Source: Felis catus (lineage: Eukaryota). Taken from it: a stretch of 64,000 bases of DNA. The notes below the pieces were generated by a model. That model saw nothing but the letters and a program-made list of their open reading frames with translations. It ran no database searches and had not been told where the DNA came from. This document shows positions 11,900 through 24,375 of this stretch, piece by piece. Every line of letters starts with the position of its first letter. Position 1 is the stretch's first letter. The stretch spans positions 23,560,001-23,624,000 of the forward strand of contig NC_058369.1 in NCBI RefSeq assembly GCF_018350175.1, given 5' to 3'. Made by a program: the position numbers and the translations under genes.

Positions 11900-12570
11900 C
11901 ACTTTGCCTTTCCCCCAAACCACGTTTTCCCATAATCTTGGTTAATTGTGGTCTACTGATCCACTCAAGAACTCAAACTAAACACCTGGTAGCATCCTTG
12001 AAAATTTACCAGTATCCAGTAGAATCAACAAATCCTGTGCACTCTAATACCCAATGCAAATTCTGAGTTGCTTCGGTTCAACTCCATCATGATGGACCAG
12101 GGCCATTTTTGGTCTCAACTACTTGAACAACTTTTAAAGCTCCTTTGCTTCTCTGTCAACCCCCAAGCTCTGTTACCCATACAGCCACAAGAAGGGTGCC
12201 ATTAAAACTTAAGGCAGATCACGTTAATAGCTCATGGGTGGACCATGTGAACTTCATGATCTGTATCCTTCCTTCCTTTCCAACACCAGGTCAGTTTGCT
12301 CTCCTCTCCATTACTGCAATGCAATTGCAGCTTCGTGGACATTCTTCCAGTTCTTGGAAAATATTTGGATCTTGGTTCCACTGAAGGCCTTCACACATGT
12401 TCTATTGTCTCCCTGTAAGTCTGCTGCCCATGCCTTTCATGACTAAGAACTGATTCTCCAGATCACAACCAAACTGCTACCTCCTCAGAGAGGTCTTCCT
12501 GGATTACTCACTCAACCCCCACCTTTTCTGTCAGCCTGATGCTCTGCTCTCTAACCCTACTCTTTCTCTG
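11900..12570 (+). mobile_element. L2 fragment
   Basis: ACACCTGGTAGCATCCTTGA, ACAGCCACAAG...AAGGCAGATCACGT, ACCTCCTCAGAGAGGTCTTCC. Confidence 0.75.
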
Positions 12571-12775
12571 AAGACTTGGACTTAATGTATGTTTTACACA
12601 CATAGAAGTTGCAATTTTTGTAAAAAAGGAAACATCAATGAAAACAGTACTGTAGTCATTTCCTAGTAATTACCACATTTCACATTGTTATTTTACTTTT
12701 TGTTGTTATGCCACTTCTCTAATGTGGTATAAGTTCTTTTGAGAATGGGGACAATGTTTGCCTTGTCAGTGCTAG

Positions 12776-12780
<5 letters not shown>

Positions 12781-12834
<54 letters not shown>
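12781..12834. repeat. (AC)n microsatellite
   Basis: Perfect AC repeat. Confidence 1.
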
Positions 12835-12835
<1 letters not shown>

Positions 12836-13661
12836 AAATATCCCTTCACTCTGTAAGGTTAGAAATTCTAAACCGTATTCACAGATATACCTTTTTTTGT
12901 ATCTACCTTTTCCACGAAATCCATGTACACGTAGAAGGAATACCCCAAACATAAGAGTAGACCAGATCTCCGTGTTTGAACCATGGGACACGATCCATTC
13001 TCACCATCTGAGCCCGATATTTGTCATCAATTGCGTTATCCAAGATACCTTTAGGGCAGGGATCTCATTGGGACTTTGCCCATTTTCAAATCCCTCAACT
13101 AATGCTGCCCCATAATTATGTTTTGAATCTGTGGAAGGACAGAGCCAGGTAGTGACCCAGACATCCAAGTTTTGTTTATTGGGTGGCCTGGGTTTGGTTT
13201 AGGCTCCAGGAATCTAATAAGAGGACACCCAGAAAGATGAAATTAAATCCCTAAATGCCTATTCATTCAATAATCCTAAAATAATTTCTAATAAAATTAG
13301 AAACAAAGAGCAATTGTGAAGGGTCTTTGTCTGTTTGCCCCACTCCTCAGAGAGCCTCCAGGGGTAGTTTTCAGAGCTTTGGATGAGGTTTGGCCCATTT
13401 AAGTCCCATTGTTTGTGGTTCCATTGGAAAAGTGAGTCTCTCCTCCCCCAGCCTCCATGCAACTCTTTGAAAATGGCACTCAATGAGGGCATTCCTTGCA
13501 GAGGAACTTTGCCCTTAGGGGAAAGTTTCAGATGACAGGTCATAAATTTAGAAGGCCCCAGTCTCAGAAGGCACCCTGAATGATTTCAATAAGGTGCAAA
13601 AGGAGAAGGTTGTTTTAAAAGCATTCTACCAGAGTGTTCAGAATGGAGAGGTTCAGCTGTC

Positions 13662-13800
13662 AATAGCTCATGGATGGACCACGTAAACTTCATGATCTAG
13701 ATCTTTCCTTCCTTTCCAACACCAGGTCAGTTTGCTCTCCTCTCCATTACTGCAATGCAACTGCAGCTTTGCAGACGTTCTTACAGTTCTTGGAGAATAT
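13662..13800 (+). repeat. Dispersed duplicate of 12226-12364
   Basis: 139 bp ungapped, 13 mismatches by hand count. Confidence 0.95.
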
Positions 13801-14254
13801 GCAGGCCAGTTTATTTCCTGAAGCATCCACATATTTTCTGGTCACCCAAGTCACATATCTTTTTGCATCACTACAGGGGATATTTACCTACCCACTTAAC
13901 AGGTAGGCAAAGTGAGTCTGGGGGTTCCTTGGGGGATGCCCAATATGGGCCATGTACTCTAGTATCTCTTCATATTTAGAATGTGACCTCGGCTGACATC
14001 AAAAATGTTCAGTCTCCTAAATGGAGACCTCTTGTCTTAGATTAAGTAGATACATTCAGAGTGAGAGCAGATTAAGTGAAGGCCACCATAACAGAGGGAA
14101 ATAGTGAGGGGAAAGAATTCCTCTCTAATTGACAATTGCATTAATCAGCTCTGTATTAAGGCAGAGAACTGATTTGACTTCCTTTTGGGTCTGGTGGAGA
14201 GATACAGGGAAGGTACAAATCATCTTACTTGTTAAACTTCCTTCCTCTTTGTAC

Positions 14255-14340
14255 CTTTCCTTTACTCTCAGCATTCAGGATAGTGCCTGACACATAGTAA
14301 ACACTCAATAAATATTTATTAAATTGCTATTAATGAATGT
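14255..14340 (+). mobile_element. L2 3' terminus
   Basis: ATAGTGCCTGACACATAGTAAACACTCAATAAATATTT...ATGAATG. Confidence 0.85.
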
Positions 14341-14739
14341 GATCAATTTACCACTTCACTTTGGCCCCACACATTGTCTAACTTTCTGGGATTCATATCA
14401 CCGTTCTAAAATAGGTTGTTTTGTTGTTGTTGTTTTTTTAAGCAACAAGTCGACCATCATTTCTGCCATTGAAGGAGAATGTTACCTGAGACCACCCTTG
14501 GTCACAACTCTAAGATATCCCTCGGTCTCCCTGAGGTGCGCTGTGCAGAGATTGGACATCACAAGCTTCTCCCACAGCAGGTCTAAAGGATGAAGGTACA
14601 AGCAGCTGAGTATACAACCCGTGGACCAGTGCCGAGTGAAGTCACTACCTTGGGGGCCCAGGACTGTCATCACTGTCCTTGCAAGTCCACGCTTCTGGAC
14701 TCTTGTGTGGACACTGTGCACCTGCAGCATCTGGCTGAC

Positions 14740-15085
14740 GGCTCAGTAGACTACAACAGACTGGATTCGAATCCAGCTTGGCTGTGGGGCTGGACTTCTC
14801 TGAAACTCAGTGTCCTTGACTGTGAAATGGGAGAGGATATAACCACTTCAATGCAGCAGATAGCAAATTTTGATGTGTACACAAACCACCTGGAGATCTT
14901 GTTATGATGCGGATTCAGACTCAGTAAGTCTGGGACAAGGCCTGACATCCTGTATTTCTAAGAAGCTACCAGGTGATACCCATGCTGCTGTCTGGGAACC
15001 AAACTCCAAGCTGCAACACTGTAGGGCATTCCATGAGATAACAAGAGAAATCAAGGGAGATCATTATTTATGTCAATAAGCATTA
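14740..15085 (+). mobile_element. MIR interrupted by MER5A (~14853-15021)
   Basis: MIR GGATTCGAATCCAGCT...CTGTGAAATGGG, then MER5A CACCTGGAGATCTTGTTA...TTTCTAAGAAGCTACCAGGTGAT, then MIR tail. Confidence 0.75.
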
Positions 15086-15310
15086 CAAGGAAATTTATTA
15101 ATAATAGTTATAGGTAGGAGAATTCTGGTTAAAACACATGAAGTTACCACCAACCAGGTTTAAATTAGACTGTTTCTGGCCCTTCATCCTTTTATGGCAA
15201 GTTTTGTGATTACATGTGAAACCTCCTTCAAGACCCTCCTCATAAGCCCTCATGTAACTACAGAAGTCAAGGGCACAGTGAGAAGATATTTTATTACCCA
15301 TGTATTTATG

Positions 15311-15490
15311 NNNNNNNNNNNNNNNNNNNNNNNNNNNNNNNNNNNNNNNNNNNNNNNNNNNNNNNNNNNNNNNNNNNNNNNNNNNNNNNNNNNNNNNNNN
15401 NNNNNNNNNNNNNNNNNNNNNNNNNNNNNNNNNNNNNNNNNNNNNNNNNNNNNNNNNNNNNNNNNNNNNNNNNNNNNNNNNNNNNNNNNN
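15311..15490. other. N-run (180 nt), gap or mask
   Basis: Run of N. Confidence 1.
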
Positions 15491-16029
15491 CACCTTGACA
15501 AGGAAGGCACACAGCACCCCTGAGGGGTTAAACAAACCCTCCAGGGCCTGGGGGAGGGGAGGGCGGCCTGAATTCCAGCCCTCTTGTCCCCTCCCGAGCT
15601 CAGGTTCAGCTTCTGCCCCACAGGGGCCACTCTTTGAAGCATGATATCCGTTTGGAAGCAGTTCAAATCAGCCTGCCTGGAGGCTCCATCCCCAGATAGC
15701 CCCAGGAACCTGTCTGTGTGAGTCAGAGAAAACCATATTTCTCTGATTTGAGAGGCCAAAGAGGACTTGCCACCACCCCCCTTCCTCTTTCCCTATCATG
15801 TGCTCGCGGCAGTTCAGCTACTGTTGAAGAAGGAACGCCCAAACCAACTGGCCCAGTTATGGGACTCAAATGTGGAATAAATAAAACAACGGTGTTTTAT
15901 CCCTGGTTTCCCAATCCAAATACCTCTCCCCCTTCAAGCTTTCCCTGCAGGGGTCCTCTTCACTTCTTTCCCATCAAAGAATTCAGTAAACCCGTTTGTC
16001 ATCCAGTCCTGGTGCCCTAGATGGAGCCA

Positions 16030-16230
16030 GGCTTTAGTGTCTAGCAACACAGGGTGTGAATTCCAGCCCCACAGCTGAGGGGGACCACGGATCTCATGTT
16101 CCTTAGCTGTGAGTTGGGATTTTACAGTCTACATCACCTGGCGGCTTGTGAGGACGTGTGCAGAAATAATGTGTGCAAAGCGCCTGGCTTGGATAGGCCC
16201 TCATAGGTGGAATTTATCACTGATTGGGGC
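16030..16230 (+). mobile_element. MIR
   Basis: GGGTGTGAATTCCAGCCCCAC...TTGTGAGGA...TGTGCAAAGCGCCTGGC. Confidence 0.65.
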
Positions 16231-16321
16231 GGCAGTTGTGATGTTGGCCACAGACGTTGCACCAGGAGCAGAATCTCAGGAACCCTAAGCAATAAAAAGG
16301 ATATGGTGCTCTGTTGACCCC

Positions 16322-16530
16322 TATACACGCACACATACATACACACACATGCACACCTGCCACGTATATACACACACACCCACATACATGTGCCCAGGTA
16401 CACCTTCACACCCACGCCTGGGCACACACATGCATGCACACATCAGTCCATATGCATAACTCACCCATGCTCTCCTCTCACTCATGGTCACAGACACCCA
16501 TCCCCCACGTTCATACATGTGCATATACAA
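16322..16530. repeat. Degenerate CA/CATG-rich low-complexity tract
   Basis: Interrupted ACAC/ATGC repeats. Confidence 0.85.
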
Positions 16531-18140
16531 ACCAAACTCACTCCCCAAACCTATATTATGCTAAAATTTCAATACCATTTTCTGATGTCAACATCTTGGA
16601 TAAGCATATAAAACCTGACCTTCTCTCTCTATTGTCTGCTTCTTTTGTGGAGAGGGGGCTCTGGCGGGGTGGCCCCTCCTTTGCTGATGCCCTAAACAGA
16701 GCTAAGCCTCCTGTTGGGCCATCTGGCCCTACCAGGTATCACCCCTCACTTTCTCTTCCCCAGTTCTCCACCAGACCATCTTCATGAACACCCCCCAGCT
16801 GCCAGCCTTCTGAATGCTGATCCCAAGTCTTGCTCTGTGGGTGGGAGGAACCCAAACCTCTGCTCCCACAAAGTCTGATTGTGAGAAGCGGCAGTGTTTG
16901 TTCTCAGCCCCCCGTCTACTTACCTGCTGCCCCCATTCCACCTTTGCCTGCACACCTGAAGCATCCACGTGGTCCTCTGCTTACACAAGACCTCATGGTT
17001 GGTGGGTTCAAGATTCTCCTCACTCATGATCTCTTCAATTCTTCTTACTTGGTAACCATACCTGTGTTCTCTTTCCAGATTCAGTCTCTGGAGAGAGCAG
17101 GACTCATCCTTACCTAGTGAGCTTTATTCCAGTCCTATATCGAGGTAGGAAATTTAATGAGACCTTGAAATATTCTATTCTTCACTGCTGCTTTTAGTGG
17201 CTCAACATGGAAAACCATAGAATTTTTGAGCAGAGAATCAGAAGTAGAAAATTTATAGGATATTAAGCTTGCTGAGACATGTCAATGGAGGGGAGAGGAT
17301 CTCGAAGCTTTTTAATGTATCTTTCTATTAAAGGATTCCTGGTTTGCCCTGGGCTTGGAATGAATCATCTCCACTGAAGGCTCTAAGACAGCCATTGCTT
17401 GGGCTACCTGCCCTGTGAAGGCTCTTCTCTGAGAGGGCAAATGTCTGCTCTTAAGAAATGCTACAGGACATTTTACCAGTCTGAGCTTGGCTTGCTTGTG
17501 GCCACCCCATATTAGCCTTCCAGCCAAAGAGAAAGGCCATACAATTACTGAAAACAGATCCATTAGGATTAAATTGTCTTCAGACATACTAGGATTAAAT
17601 TAAATAAAGGGCCACTAGCAATTCCAGATCCATATTTAATTTCTCCATGGAAGCCATTATCGATACATTTTGCTGGGGAGAATAAACGTTGCCTACCAAC
17701 TGATGACATGAACTTCTATTAAGTTTTTGTATTATTTTTCCTTTGACTTCCAATACAAAAGTTATCCAAAAGCCATTTATATCTGTATTTGCAAGTATGG
17801 TTAAAAACTGCGGTACGTCTCCTTTGTTTAATTCAAACAACATTGATCGATGTTTTCCGTTCCTGCCTTTTCACCTCTGGAGCCTGGCTCACACCATTCC
17901 TTTCATCTAGAATATCCTAGTTGCATATGCCCAAATCTGTTTCATTTTCAAGGCGCGCTTGAGGCTCTCAGCTTTTAAGGCTCCAATGCCTTGTTCTTAG
18001 GTCTTTGCTGATTTCTCCACCCAAAGGCGTCTCCCCCAGGGGGTGCACACCCTCACATAAGAAATCGCAGGAGTGGCTCCATTCCATGTTCAGAAGGCAA
18101 GGCATCCTGGCAAGTCAGGCTGACATTCCTTTGTGTTGGT

Positions 18141-18790
18141 GTTAACAGCTTTATTGAGATGTAATTTACATACCATAAAATTTGTCTTTTTTTAGGTGAA
18201 CAATTCAGTAGGTTTTGGTGCATTCCATTTGTTCGACCGTCATCATCATCTGATTTTAGATGCTGCCCACTACCCCACAAAGAAACCCCATGCACAGCAC
18301 ACATCAGCAGTCATGCCCGTTTGCCCATCCCAGAACCCTAGGCAACCAATCTCTATGGATTCGCCTATTCAGGACGTTTCATGTAAGCATTCTTGTACGA
18401 TATCTGATCTTCTGTGAGTGGCTTCTTTGACTTAGCATATTTTCAACTTGTCCATTTTGTAACATGTACCAGTGCTTTATTCCTTTTAATCTCTTGTACG
18501 GATATACCTCCTTTGTTACCCATTTACCAGTTGATGGACATTTGGGTTGTTTCTTTTTTTGGCTGTTATGAGTAATGCTGTAGTGAACATTCTTGTACAA
18601 GTTTTTGCACGGATGTGTGTAGATACTTAGGAGTGGAATTTCTGGGTCATATGTTACCTTCATGTTTAACATTTTTAAGACCTGCCAAACTGTTTTCCAA
18701 AGTGGCTGCACCATTTTACATTCTTCCCAGCAATGTAAAAGGGTTTCACCTGCACATCCTTGCTAACACTTGTCATTGTCTTTTTGATCA
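18141..18790 (-). mobile_element. L1MB-like 3' end (ORF2 C-terminus and 3' UTR)
   Basis: ORF 18379-18714(-) MVQPLWKTVWQ..YDPEIPLLSIY is the L1 ORF2p C-terminal motif; AGCTTTATTGAGATGTAATTTACATACC terminus. Confidence 0.9.
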
Positions 18791-18886
18791 TCAGGCTTGC
18801 ATTTCAAAAAAGTCTGAAGCTTTATTTCAAACTTGTTTGAGGAAAAGTAGCGTATCTGGAAAACTTCAAGAAACTTTTTTTCCACA

Positions 18887-19130
18887 GGGGCACCTGGGTG
18901 GTTCAGCTGGTTAAGCGTCTGACTCTTGATTTCGGCTCAGGTCATGATCTCACGCTTATGGGATTGAGCCCCTTGTCAGGTTCTGCACTGGCAACAAAGA
19001 ATCTGCTTGGGATTCTCTCTCTTCCTTTCTCTCTGCCCCTCCCCCACTCATTCTCTCTCTCTCTCGCGCGCGCGCTTGCTCGCTCTCTCCCTCTCTCTAA
19101 AAATAAACATTTAAAAATACATTAAAAAAA
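18887..19130 (+). mobile_element. Can-SINE with (CG)5 in the CT tract
   Basis: Full SINE; TSD AAGAAACTTTTT...CCA on both sides. Confidence 0.95.
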
Positions 19131-19489
19131 GAAACTTTTTCCATTACAATCTCCCTGAACCTCTGACTCCTGAGCAGACATGAAACATGGAAAGAAAAAA
19201 GCTGCTATACCTCCAAACAAGGAAGCCCCCTGTGGTTTCCTACTCAGTGCCGTGATTTGCAAATGGTGTGCCTTTGGTAGATTATTATCTGGCCCTTGGT
19301 TGCCTCAGAGGTAAAATGAAGGTGGTATTTTCATTATTCATTAAAATGGAACAAGACATGTATATGTAAACATATCTAGAAGTTCACACCAAATGCAGTA
19401 GGCATACTCTAGAAAGTTCATTTTGAGTGGTTCTCCCTGAAGTCTTATAGTTTTGTGGCATTGCCTCTCCACCAACAGATGAAAGGGGA

Positions 19490-19710
19490 AATCTCGGTTA
19501 ATTTTTGTAAACATTCCATCTGTGTGACAAGAATGGGTATTCTCTGTTCCGTGCAAATATTTTGTATATACACACATCAAGCATGCTAAATGTATAAGTC
19601 AAATTCAATTGATCTTTATTTACTTTTTGATCTCCTTGATTGGTTGGTTTCCCAACCAACCCCACATCAACTGTTCATGCATCCATTTCTCCTCATGTTT
19701 CTGTTGTATC
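19490..19710 (-). mobile_element. Ancient L1 ORF2 (endonuclease region) fragment
   Basis: AATTTTTGTAAACATTCCAT...AAGAATGGGTATTCTCTG matches the reverse of the L1 EN region. Confidence 0.6.
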
Positions 19711-19844
19711 TCTACAGCAGAGATTCCCGTCTAGTCCTCTCCTAAGTGCTCTGGTCCATCCCGAAGCTCTCTAGTGCTTGAAGGACCTTTCCTCACAGCC
19801 TAAGAGCAAAATAATATGGTTCTGAGGAAGAAATGGAGAACTGC

Positions 19845-20085
19845 TGTCAAGGGACGCTTCCAAGGCACACAAACCTGAGTTCAAATCTTGGCATCGCTGC
19901 TTCCCAGTCTGTGAACTTGGGGAACGACCTTCACCTCTCTGAGCCTCAGAGTTGTGTCTACAAAATAGGGAGATTACGGTGGCTTCCACCCTGGAAAGTT
20001 GGGCAGCTTCCATGAGATAAAGCATGGAAAGCACTTATCACAGAGCTAGGAACGGGAACCCAGTTTTTAGTAAATGCCAAGTTTT
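19845..20085 (+). mobile_element. MIR
   Basis: CCTGAGTTCAAATCTTGGC...CTCTCTGAGCCTCAG...AAAGCACTTATCACAG. Confidence 0.8.
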
Positions 20086-20119
20086 GTTGATAACCATAAA
20101 CAACAACATCAACAAGAGC

Positions 20120-20310
20120 AGCTGCTAACCTTCCTGGAATGCCTAACATGTTCTGGGCACTAAGCCAAGGGCCTCGGCTGTACTGGCTCATTTAATCCTC
20201 ACAGCAAAACTTGGATAGCAGGATGATCACCATCACCATTTTACAGATGAGGCCACACGGGGGTCCAAAGGGATGAGAAAGCTGGCCCAAGGTCACCGGC
20301 AAGTGATGGC
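20120..20310 (-). mobile_element. MIR
   Basis: CTCATTTAATCCTCACAGC...CCATTTTACAGATGAGG...GCCCAAGGTCAC. Confidence 0.85.
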
Positions 20311-20779
20311 TCTTAAACTGCGCCTCCACCGCGGGAGCCTGGGCTCATCTTCTGATGATAACGTGGGTCGTGGAACCGACAAAAAGACAAACCACAACAG
20401 GGACTATTTGTCCCACATCCCGTCCTGTGGCCTCCCAGAAGTGCCCACAGCACCAGGCTACGCTCTGGGTGGCTACTGTGGTTCTTCCTTTGTGTCTGGG
20501 AAAGAAGAGTGTTCGATAGGATCCAGCTGCCAGCTCACTGCCTCCTTACTTGCGTATTTCCAGAGCAGCTCCCGGGTCTGGGACAACAGAGCCCTTATTA
20601 GCCTCCTTGTTGTGAGCATAGTCACAAACATCTGAGAAAAAGCTGTGATGGAAAACTGAGCAAACCTTTAGAACATGCACAATAAACAGGCACTGCTGGG
20701 ACACACGGATGCATAGCATGCTACACTTTCAAAAGTTAACGCTCTTGGACCCAAGCCCCAGCTTCCCAGTACAAGTTCT

Positions 20780-22070
20780 TTTTTAGAAACAAATACACAA
20801 TACACAAATATATTCCCATTATGAAAAGAAAAACCCTCAAACAATAAATAAGTCTGATGAATAAAATGAGAAACTTGCTCCTTATTCCCCACCTCCACCC
20901 TGAACCCACATCTCTTTTCAGTGGTAACCGCCATCGATGGATTGGATTTGCCTCCTCCCAAGCTTCTCCCTTTGCATCTGGATGCATGTATATGTGCACA
21001 TAACCAAGCTGCATTTTGGAAAAATAGCTTTGTTTGCTTTATCCCCTTAGCAATAGGTTTGGGAAATCTCTCCAAGCCTGTGCACACACATAGCGACAGA
21101 CATCATTCTTATTAACTACTGAAGAGTTTCCCATGGTGTGGCACTGCAATGAATTTTTAAACCTTAGTCTTTCTTGTTGGACATTTGGGCATCATGGTGG
21201 GCAGACTCTGAGATGGTCCCCTGTGATCTGGTATTTGTGCCCCTGTGTGATTGTCTTGCCTTGACTGTGGGTTGGCCCAGTGATTTGCTCCTAATCAACA
21301 GAATAAAGCAAAGGAGAGGAGACGTCAAAGGAGATGAGATGATTAGGTTAGAAGAGATTGCAACTTGACTCTTGCTAGCAGACTCTTTTCTTTTGCTGGC
21401 TTATAGAGAGGCCTGCATGGCAAGGAACTAAGGGCAGCCTCTGGCCACCAGCCCACAAGTAACGGAATCCTGCCAACAACCATGTGAGTTTGGAAGCGGA
21501 TCCTTCCTTATTGGAGTCTCAGATGAGTCTCCAGTCCTAGCCAATACCTTAATTGCAGCCTGTGAGAGGCCCTGAAGCAGAGGGCCAGCTAAGCTGTGCC
21601 TGGATTCCAGATCCACAGAAACCGAGATACTAAATGTGTGTTGTTTTAAGCCACTACATTTTATATCCAGCAATAGATAATTGGTACAGTTGCTAATTGC
21701 TTTCTATCACAAACAACACTAGAACAAATGTTCTTCTGCATATAATTAGTGGAGTATTCTAGGATCAAGTCCTAGACCTGAAGTTGCCCCAAGGGTAAAG
21801 ATATTTACCATAGATAAATAGCACTAAATTAGCTTCTAAAAAGATTTAGCAAGTTACACTCATGCAAACCGAATGAAAATTTCCACTTGTCTCCATGCCC
21901 TTTCCAAATCATTGGTCATTTAATAGAAGTCTGAAAAAAATCAATACTGCATTGCTTTTATTGCATTTTCCTGATTACTAGGATGAGCATTTTTTTAAAA
22001 TAAATTCATTGGCTTTTGTCTTCCCTTTCATCTGAACTTACACCTTGATATCCTTTGCTTTAATCCTATT
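20780..22070 (-). mobile_element. L1ME 3' region, split by an MLT1F LTR
   Basis: ...TGTTGGACATTTGGG before the LTR, resuming after it with TTGCTTTCTATCACAAACAA...TTGCATTTTCCTGATTACTAG. Confidence 0.65.
21192..21688 (+). mobile_element. MaLR solo LTR (MLT1F-like)
   Basis: TGGTGGGCAGACTCTGAGATGG...GGCAAGGAACTAAGGGCAGCCTC...TTTTAAGCCACTA...GCAATAGATAATTGGTACA. Confidence 0.85.
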
Positions 22071-22079
22071 TCAATTCAA

Positions 22080-22765
22080 CAACCAGAACTATGGATATGA
22101 ATATCACATCTGGAGACACACAATCACATCCGCCTTATTGTGGATGCTCATGTTAATCACCCAAAACATTATCCAGTGTCTTCACTGTATACTCACTACT
22201 TTGTCCCTTGCAACTAACTCCTAAGCAATTCACGGAAAGATTCTGAGATCATTCAAATATCCCGCTCCTCATCAAAATATCCCTGTGGATTTAGTTGTGC
22301 CCTTTGATGATTCTTGAATGAACACAACTTTATCACAGAGGATGCAAAGTAATGATTTCCCAACTCCCAGCACCGTCTCCACAGATACCAGCCCACATTC
22401 AGCCTTCTTTTGTAAATAAGGTCTTGTCTCCTCCCCCATTTATGTATTTATTAGTAGCACAGACTCCCATTTTCCTGTTTTTCTCCATGATTTATAATTC
22501 ATTACCATCCTTAATTATTTTGGTGCCCAAAATTTGCCAGATTTGGCCAACAGAACCCCTTCAAGTCAGCTATAATTCCCTTGTAATATGCCTGCCTTTT
22601 TTTTTTAATCACTTCTTTACTTTCTAAGACAACAAAATGTTCCAGGCTCATCTCACACAAACCATTTCCAGTCCCAGAAGCAGCCATGTCTTTGAAGAAC
22701 CCTGGTTCCTTTCAGTGGACAAAGGTATTAGAGATCAAGGCCTAAGCACCAAGAATGCTTATTAA
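22080..22765 (-). mobile_element. L1MC4/5-like 3' UTR
   Basis: CCAGATTTGGCCAACAGAACCCCTTCAAG...AAAATGTTCCAGGCTCATCT...CCCTGGTTCCTTTCAGTGG. Confidence 0.75.
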
Positions 22766-23169
22766 ATAGACCCGCTTTAAGTGCAGTTTGGTGAGTTGTG
22801 ATGAATGTATGCACTCTTGTAACTACCACCAAAATCAAGATAGAGTTTTCTTCACCCCTCAAAGTCCCCTTATCTTGCTTTTACACAATTTCCTCTGTCC
22901 CAAATGCCTCATTTTCTGTCCCTCACTCATTCTGCAAAACCCAGATCAAATATTCTTTCCTTCTTAGAATTTGGTTCAGCTTCCCCAGCCAAGGTTCCTA
23001 GTTCCCTCTTCTTTGTTCTCAAAGAACAAAGAGTAAAAGTACTCCCTCAGCAGCCCAAGGGCTCTGAAGATGGATTCTTCTAGCAGTTCCGCGTCCTTGA
23101 GAGAGTTAATCAATCTCTCTCTTCATTGCTTTCCCATCTGTAAAATGGTTCATCCTCCAATAATTCCCA

Positions 23170-23880
23170 TATCTACCACAGGGCAAGCCTGTCAGTTTGA
23201 CCTTCAAAGTATCTCTCAGGTCTTTGCCTTTTTGTACATTTCCACAGCCACCATGCTAGTATCTCTTTCCAATATTATCTAAATTAGTATCTGATAATTA
23301 TAATAGATCAGTAGCTAATCTATTATAATGCATCCTGGGCTCACTATAATGCACCCTCTACAATGCAGCCAAAGCCATCTTTTAAAATGCCCATCAGCAC
23401 TGTGCCCCTCCAGATGCCACACACTCCAATGGCTTCTCAGTGCTGTGGTGAGGATGACATCCCTCCCCACATGGCTTCTAAGGGCCTTCTGGGGCTGACC
23501 TCTCCTGCTCACATCATACCACATTCTCCTGACTTGCTTTCAAGCTCATCCAGTTCTCTGCACACTGTCCTTCTCCCTCTTGCTGGAATACTTCCCGCAT
23601 CTCACCTGTTTAATTCCTCTTGGTCCTTCAGATGGTCACATCCTCAGAGAAGCCCCCTCTGCCTTCTCTGAGAGATCAACCCTCCCCCCCCGCCCCGCCT
23701 CCAGGGTGCACTCCTCTAGCTCTGTCACTTTTTTGGTAGCACTTACCACGTCGTCCCATCTCATCGATATTTTGCGATATTTGATGAACGCTTGTCTCTC
23801 TGACTAGACTCAAGTCTCATAACCATAGACACTGTGCCTCTTCTAGGACTGACACTCAGTGGGTATTGGTTGAAAAATGA
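23170..23880 (+). mobile_element. L2 fragment
   Basis: TTCCACAGCCACCATGCTAGT, GCAGCCAAAGCCATCTTTTAAAATGC, CTCCAATGGCTTCTC. Confidence 0.75.
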
Positions 23881-24099
23881 ATACCCCTTTGGGTTAATGT
23901 CAGAGTAGAGGAAATAATACGTGGCATGGCTGAAGAACGGCATCACACAAGCAAAAGTAGTCCGTGCTAGCGGTGCATCAAGCTGCTGCTATGTCAGGGA
24001 GAGAACTTTACACATGGTTTTATCACTCTCCTACCATTTTCTAGCGTGAGTTCTTATTTAGAAGCCTGTTCTCTACCATTCCAAAAATGCCTTGAAGGT

Positions 24100-24375
24100 G
24101 GGGCTAAGTCACAGTCCTCTGGAGCCTCCAGCACCTGGTTCAGTGTCTGTGCTCAGTAAGGGCTCCGTGAGTGTGCGGTGAGGCTGTGAGAGCTTCAATA
24201 GGTGAATGAAGTTGTTTAACCACCAGGTGCTTCTATTTCCCCATGGAAATGGTGGCAAGATGAAAATATGGGCACCTAACTCTTGGGCCGGTCATGAGGA
24301 TTTAGCTGGACTGATATTTGCAAAGCGCCTAAAACGGCATTTGGCAAATTGTGAAGTTCTCTGCTTGTTCATTGA
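24100..24375 (+). mobile_element. L2 3' terminus followed by MIR fragment
   Basis: CCAGCACCTGGTTCAGTGTCTG; ATATTTGCAAAGCGCCTAAAAC. Confidence 0.55.

Noticed and set aside
23010-23032. Short hairpins such as TCTTTGTTCT-CAA-AGAACAAAGA and CAGATTTGA-AG-TCAAATCTG (~10626)
   Set aside because: Arms of 9-10 bp are near chance expectation; intrinsic terminators are not relevant in this genome
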